Part shown: piece after piece, positions 61,543 to 64,000 of the stretch | Layout of the letters: each line of letters opens with the position of its first letter | Position numbering within the stretch: the stretch's first letter is position 1 | Assembly (NCBI GenBank): GCA_016286055.1 | Contig: JAEERW010000002.1 | Span: 328,458-392,457, forward strand | Origin: Bacteroidales bacterium | GTDB lineage: Bacteria; Bacteroidota; Bacteroidia; Bacteroidales; UBA3824 | DNA length: 64,000 nucleotides | Reading direction: 5' to 3' | Translations under genes and position numbers: made by a program | Notes under the pieces: model-generated | Seen by the model: only the letters and a program-made list of their open reading frames with translations | The model's database searches: none | What the model was told of the DNA's origin: nothing

Positions 61543-64000
61543 CTAAAATTCATACGATAGGCATAAGCGCATATTACACAATTGCTGTGGGTTGTATGGT
61601 ATGTCTACGTCCATTTCCTTGGAATCTATACCGCCGTAACGGGTGTTGAGGACATTTGTTACTTTTACCATACCGTAAAGATTTTTTCCTATATGCAAAC
61701 CCAGCGAAAGGTCTAAGCAATAAAAGCCAGGAGCCCAGAATAAGTCATTGTCGGGGCTACTGTAATATTTTCGTGCATATTTGCTGCAATAAACATTTTC
61801 GGCACGCAAATTCATGATTTTCAATAGCGTAACATCGAAAGCCAATTGTGCTTGATAGCGTGGTGTCTGACGGATGTGATCGCTGCGGTCAAATTGCGAA
61901 TCGTCGGCGAAGTTCTGGTCGTAGATATCCTCGTGACCCATTGTAAGGGTAAATCCGCTGTTAATGTTGAGTTTGACAGAAGGAATCAAATTTTTAAACA
62001 CCATAATAAACTGATAGCCGTGGAGCTTGATTTCGGCATCTTCAACATTGCGGTAAGTACGTGTCCACTGTGTATTGTCTTTGGGGTCTTTGTTATAAAC
62101 GGCGGTACTGCCCATTCCAGCGGCATGGTACTTATGCCGGTTGGTATACATAGTATCAAGAACGCCCCAGCAACGGTCGATAGGATTACGCACGCGGTTG
62201 GTATAAGCCACTGCTTCTAAATAATTATCGTTGGTGAGATACCAGCGCAAGCCAAACTCGGTAGAAGCAATTTTTTCGGGCTGGAGTTTTCCTGCTGGCA
62301 CTTGTTGGTAAGCCACCAAAGATGTGTCGACCTTAGGTTGACCCAAAGATGTCATTATTGCATTCACAGTGATAGAAGCGTCCACACCTGTGCATCCGTA
62401 CATCTGCTGAGCAGATGGAGCCTTGTAAGCGTATCCGCGAGAAGCACGGAACGAAAGGCGGTCGGTGATTTTGTACAACATTGCTATACGGGGGTTGGTA
62501 GTACTACCCCAGAGCGAGTTGAAGTCGTAGCGCACACCGCCTGTAAGAAACAATTTGTCGATTGGCTGACATTCAATCTGTCCGTAAGCGCCATTGGTAT
62601 AAAAAGCATAGGGATAGTAACCAAATTCGCCAAAAATAGGGTCGGAATAATTGACCGTTTTTGCGAAAGTCTTGTATTTTTGTTTCGGAAACTTGTTGGG
62701 AGATTCGTTGGTGGTAGGCAGCACGCCAGAATACTGGTAAAGGACGCCCACACCAAAACTTATCTTTTTGTTAATTTCGTAGGTAATGTGCTCTTCAAAA
62801 CCAGCGTCGTCGCCCGCGCCGTACATATACTGCACCAACGGTGAATAACAAACACCCCTTTGCGAATTATCGTCCATACGGTAACGGAAATATTTGAGCA
62901 CCGTGGTGGTAGAGAGTTTGCCAAAATTCCAGCTGCCGGTAATAGCGGCACGGATAATTTTTTCGCCCTGCATAAAATTTGAGTCGTCGTAGCGGAAAAG
63001 CATAGGAGTTTGACCAATCGACGAAAAATCTTTGCGGTAAAGATAATTGTAAGAAAGAGTTACACCACGATATTTAAGTTCGATACCAGCTTGAGCAGCC
63101 TCTTGCTGAATACGTGCGAAATCGGGATAACATGTGTCGCCATGCCATCCTGAGGTATAACCCATAATCTCACGATACTGGGGCAAAGCGTCAGCCGGGC
63201 TCTGGACGAAAGGCGACATAAGAGGTAATTTGGCTAATCGTGCAGCGGTCATCTCCGTAGGCATAAAAGAGTCAATAGCACAAACGAATGGGGTTGCGCG
63301 CTGTTCAAAATAGTTCCAACGGTTATAAAGGTCGTCATTATCGTAGTCGGTGATATTCATGTTTTTATAACGGAGATTAGTACCGTAAATCATACATTCA
63401 GCCACGTGTTTACCACGTCCGAACTTACCACCAGCCATAAAGTTGACGTAATGATAGTCGCCTGTTCCCGTTACCACATCGGCATCGGCAAAAGGTTTGG
63501 AAAAATCTTGCTTTGTAACGATATTGATAACTCCCGAGCAAGCATCGTTGCCGTAACTTGCAGCGGCAGGACCGTAAATAATCTCTATGCGGTCGGCCTG
63601 ACGGATAGGGATATTGGCACCTAACGGCATACCCGTTGGGGCAGAGGGTTTTATGTCTAATCCGTTGAGAAGAATCTTTGTGTAAGTGTTGCCAAACAAA
63701 CCGCGCTGCATAAATCCTTCGCCAAATTCACCCGAATGAGGCTGCGAAACCCTAATGCCTGGAACTGATTTGAGCACATCGCAAAGTGTAACGTATCCAT
63801 TGCGGATAATTTCATCGTGAGTAATGATGTAAAGCGTTACAGGCAGCTCGTCAACGCTCTTGGTGGTACGCCCTGCCGAGATAACCAGTTTGTCATTTAC
63901 AACCTCTTCGTAACTGATATTACTTTTGTCCAATATCTCGCGCAGGTTGATAGGCAGCGTGTCGACCTGCGCTTGGGCAGGATAAAAGGCGACACACAGC
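61543..64000 (-). CDS. TonB-dependent receptor (extreme 5' end outside the window)
   Basis: The track start at 63933 is a TTG. The frame stays open to the window edge and reads ...LCVAFYPAQAQVDTLPINLREILDKSN, the end of a signal peptide. It has a plug (ELPVTLYIITHDEI, IEIIYGPAAASYGNDACSGVINIVTK) and a barrel ending in ...LCLSYEF. Confidence 0.85.
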   Translation of the reverse strand, partial: LCVAFYPAQAQVDTLPINLREILDKSNISYEEVVNDKLVISAGRTTKSVDELPVTLYIITHDEIIRNGYVTLCDVLKSVPGIRVSQPHSGEFGEGFMQRGLFGNTYTKILLNGLDIKPSAPTGMPLGANIPIRQADRIEIIYGPAAASYGNDACSGVINIVTKQDFSKPFADADVVTGTGDYHYVNFMAGGKFGRGKHVAECMIYGTNLRYKNMNITDYDNDDLYNRWNYFEQRATPFVCAIDSFMPTEMTAARLAKLPLMSPFVQSPADALPQYREIMGYTSGWHGDTCYPDFARIQQEAAQAGIELKYRGVTLSYNYLYRKDFSSIGQTPMLFRYDDSNFMQGEKIIRAAITGSWNFGKLSTTTVLKYFRYRMDDNSQRGVCYSPLVQYMYGAGDDAGFEEHITYEINKKISFGVGVLYQYSGVLPTTNESPNKFPKQKYKTFAKTVNYSDPIFGEFGYYPYAFYTNGAYGQIECQPIDKLFLTGGVRYDFNSLWGSTTNPRIAMLYKITDRLSFRASRGYAYKAPSAQQMYGCTGVDASITVNAIMTSLGQPKVDTSLVAYQQVPAGKLQPEKIASTEFGLRWYLTNDNYLEAVAYTNRVRNPIDRCWGVLDTMYTNRHKYHAAGMGSTAVYNKDPKDNTQWTRTYRNVEDAEIKLHGYQFIMVFKNLIPSVKLNINSGFTLTMGHEDIYDQNFADDSQFDRSDHIRQTPRYQAQLAFDVTLLKIMNLRAENVYCSKYARKYYSSPDNDLFWAPGFYCLDLSLGLHIGKNLYGMVKVTNVLNTRYGGIDSKEMDVDIPYNPQQLCNMRLCLSYEF

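Overview
This is a chromosomal segment with Bacteroidales (Bacteroidota) hallmarks. It has CarboxypepD_reg-type TonB-dependent receptors and lipoprotein or T9SS-like sorting signals. Shine-Dalgarno sites are absent, but many exact TAnnTTTG -7 boxes lie 15-60 nt upstream of start codons. I call about 42 protein genes.

Housekeeping genes: xseA (5' partial), ppiD-like, rpmH (missing from the ORF track), pdxJ, carB, comM/yifB, ompH, hisG-hisD-hisC, ispE, an ABC-F ATPase and rubrerythrin. Glycan enzymes: GH3, sialate O-acetylesterase and GT2. Cell-wall-type enzymes: an M23 peptidase, a membrane-anchored MurF-like ligase and an atypical Ddl-like ATP-grasp. There is also a MntA/HepT toxin-antitoxin pair, an Rpn-family nuclease, and a visibly AT-rich islet with a toxin/immunity-like remnant. 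I saw no rRNA, tRNA, CRISPR array or complete mobile element.

The window is unusually dense in large signalling proteins that lack an obvious output partner:
- a four-gene operon of vWA-like lipoprotein, small membrane protein, intramembrane hybrid kinase and cytoplasmic PAS kinase (19372..24967);
- two tandem paralogous sensors (extracytoplasmic domain, GAF, PAS) with no output domain, coupled to a zinc-ribbon/TM2 protein (47279..53413);
- a periplasmic-TPR/SpoIIE phosphatase between two TonB-dependent receptors (55911..64000).

Other second-look items:
- a His-rich leader peptide with terminator/antiterminator upstream of hisG;
- a terminator-containing carB leader spanned by a 49-codon uORF;
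- an RRM protein with a roughly 165-aa N/G/Y-rich prion-like tail;
- a short divergent PurA-family protein;
- an insulated small-protein + cytoplasmic vWA cassette.

All domain calls come from motif recognition by eye. All RNA folds were done by hand. No database search or computation was possible.
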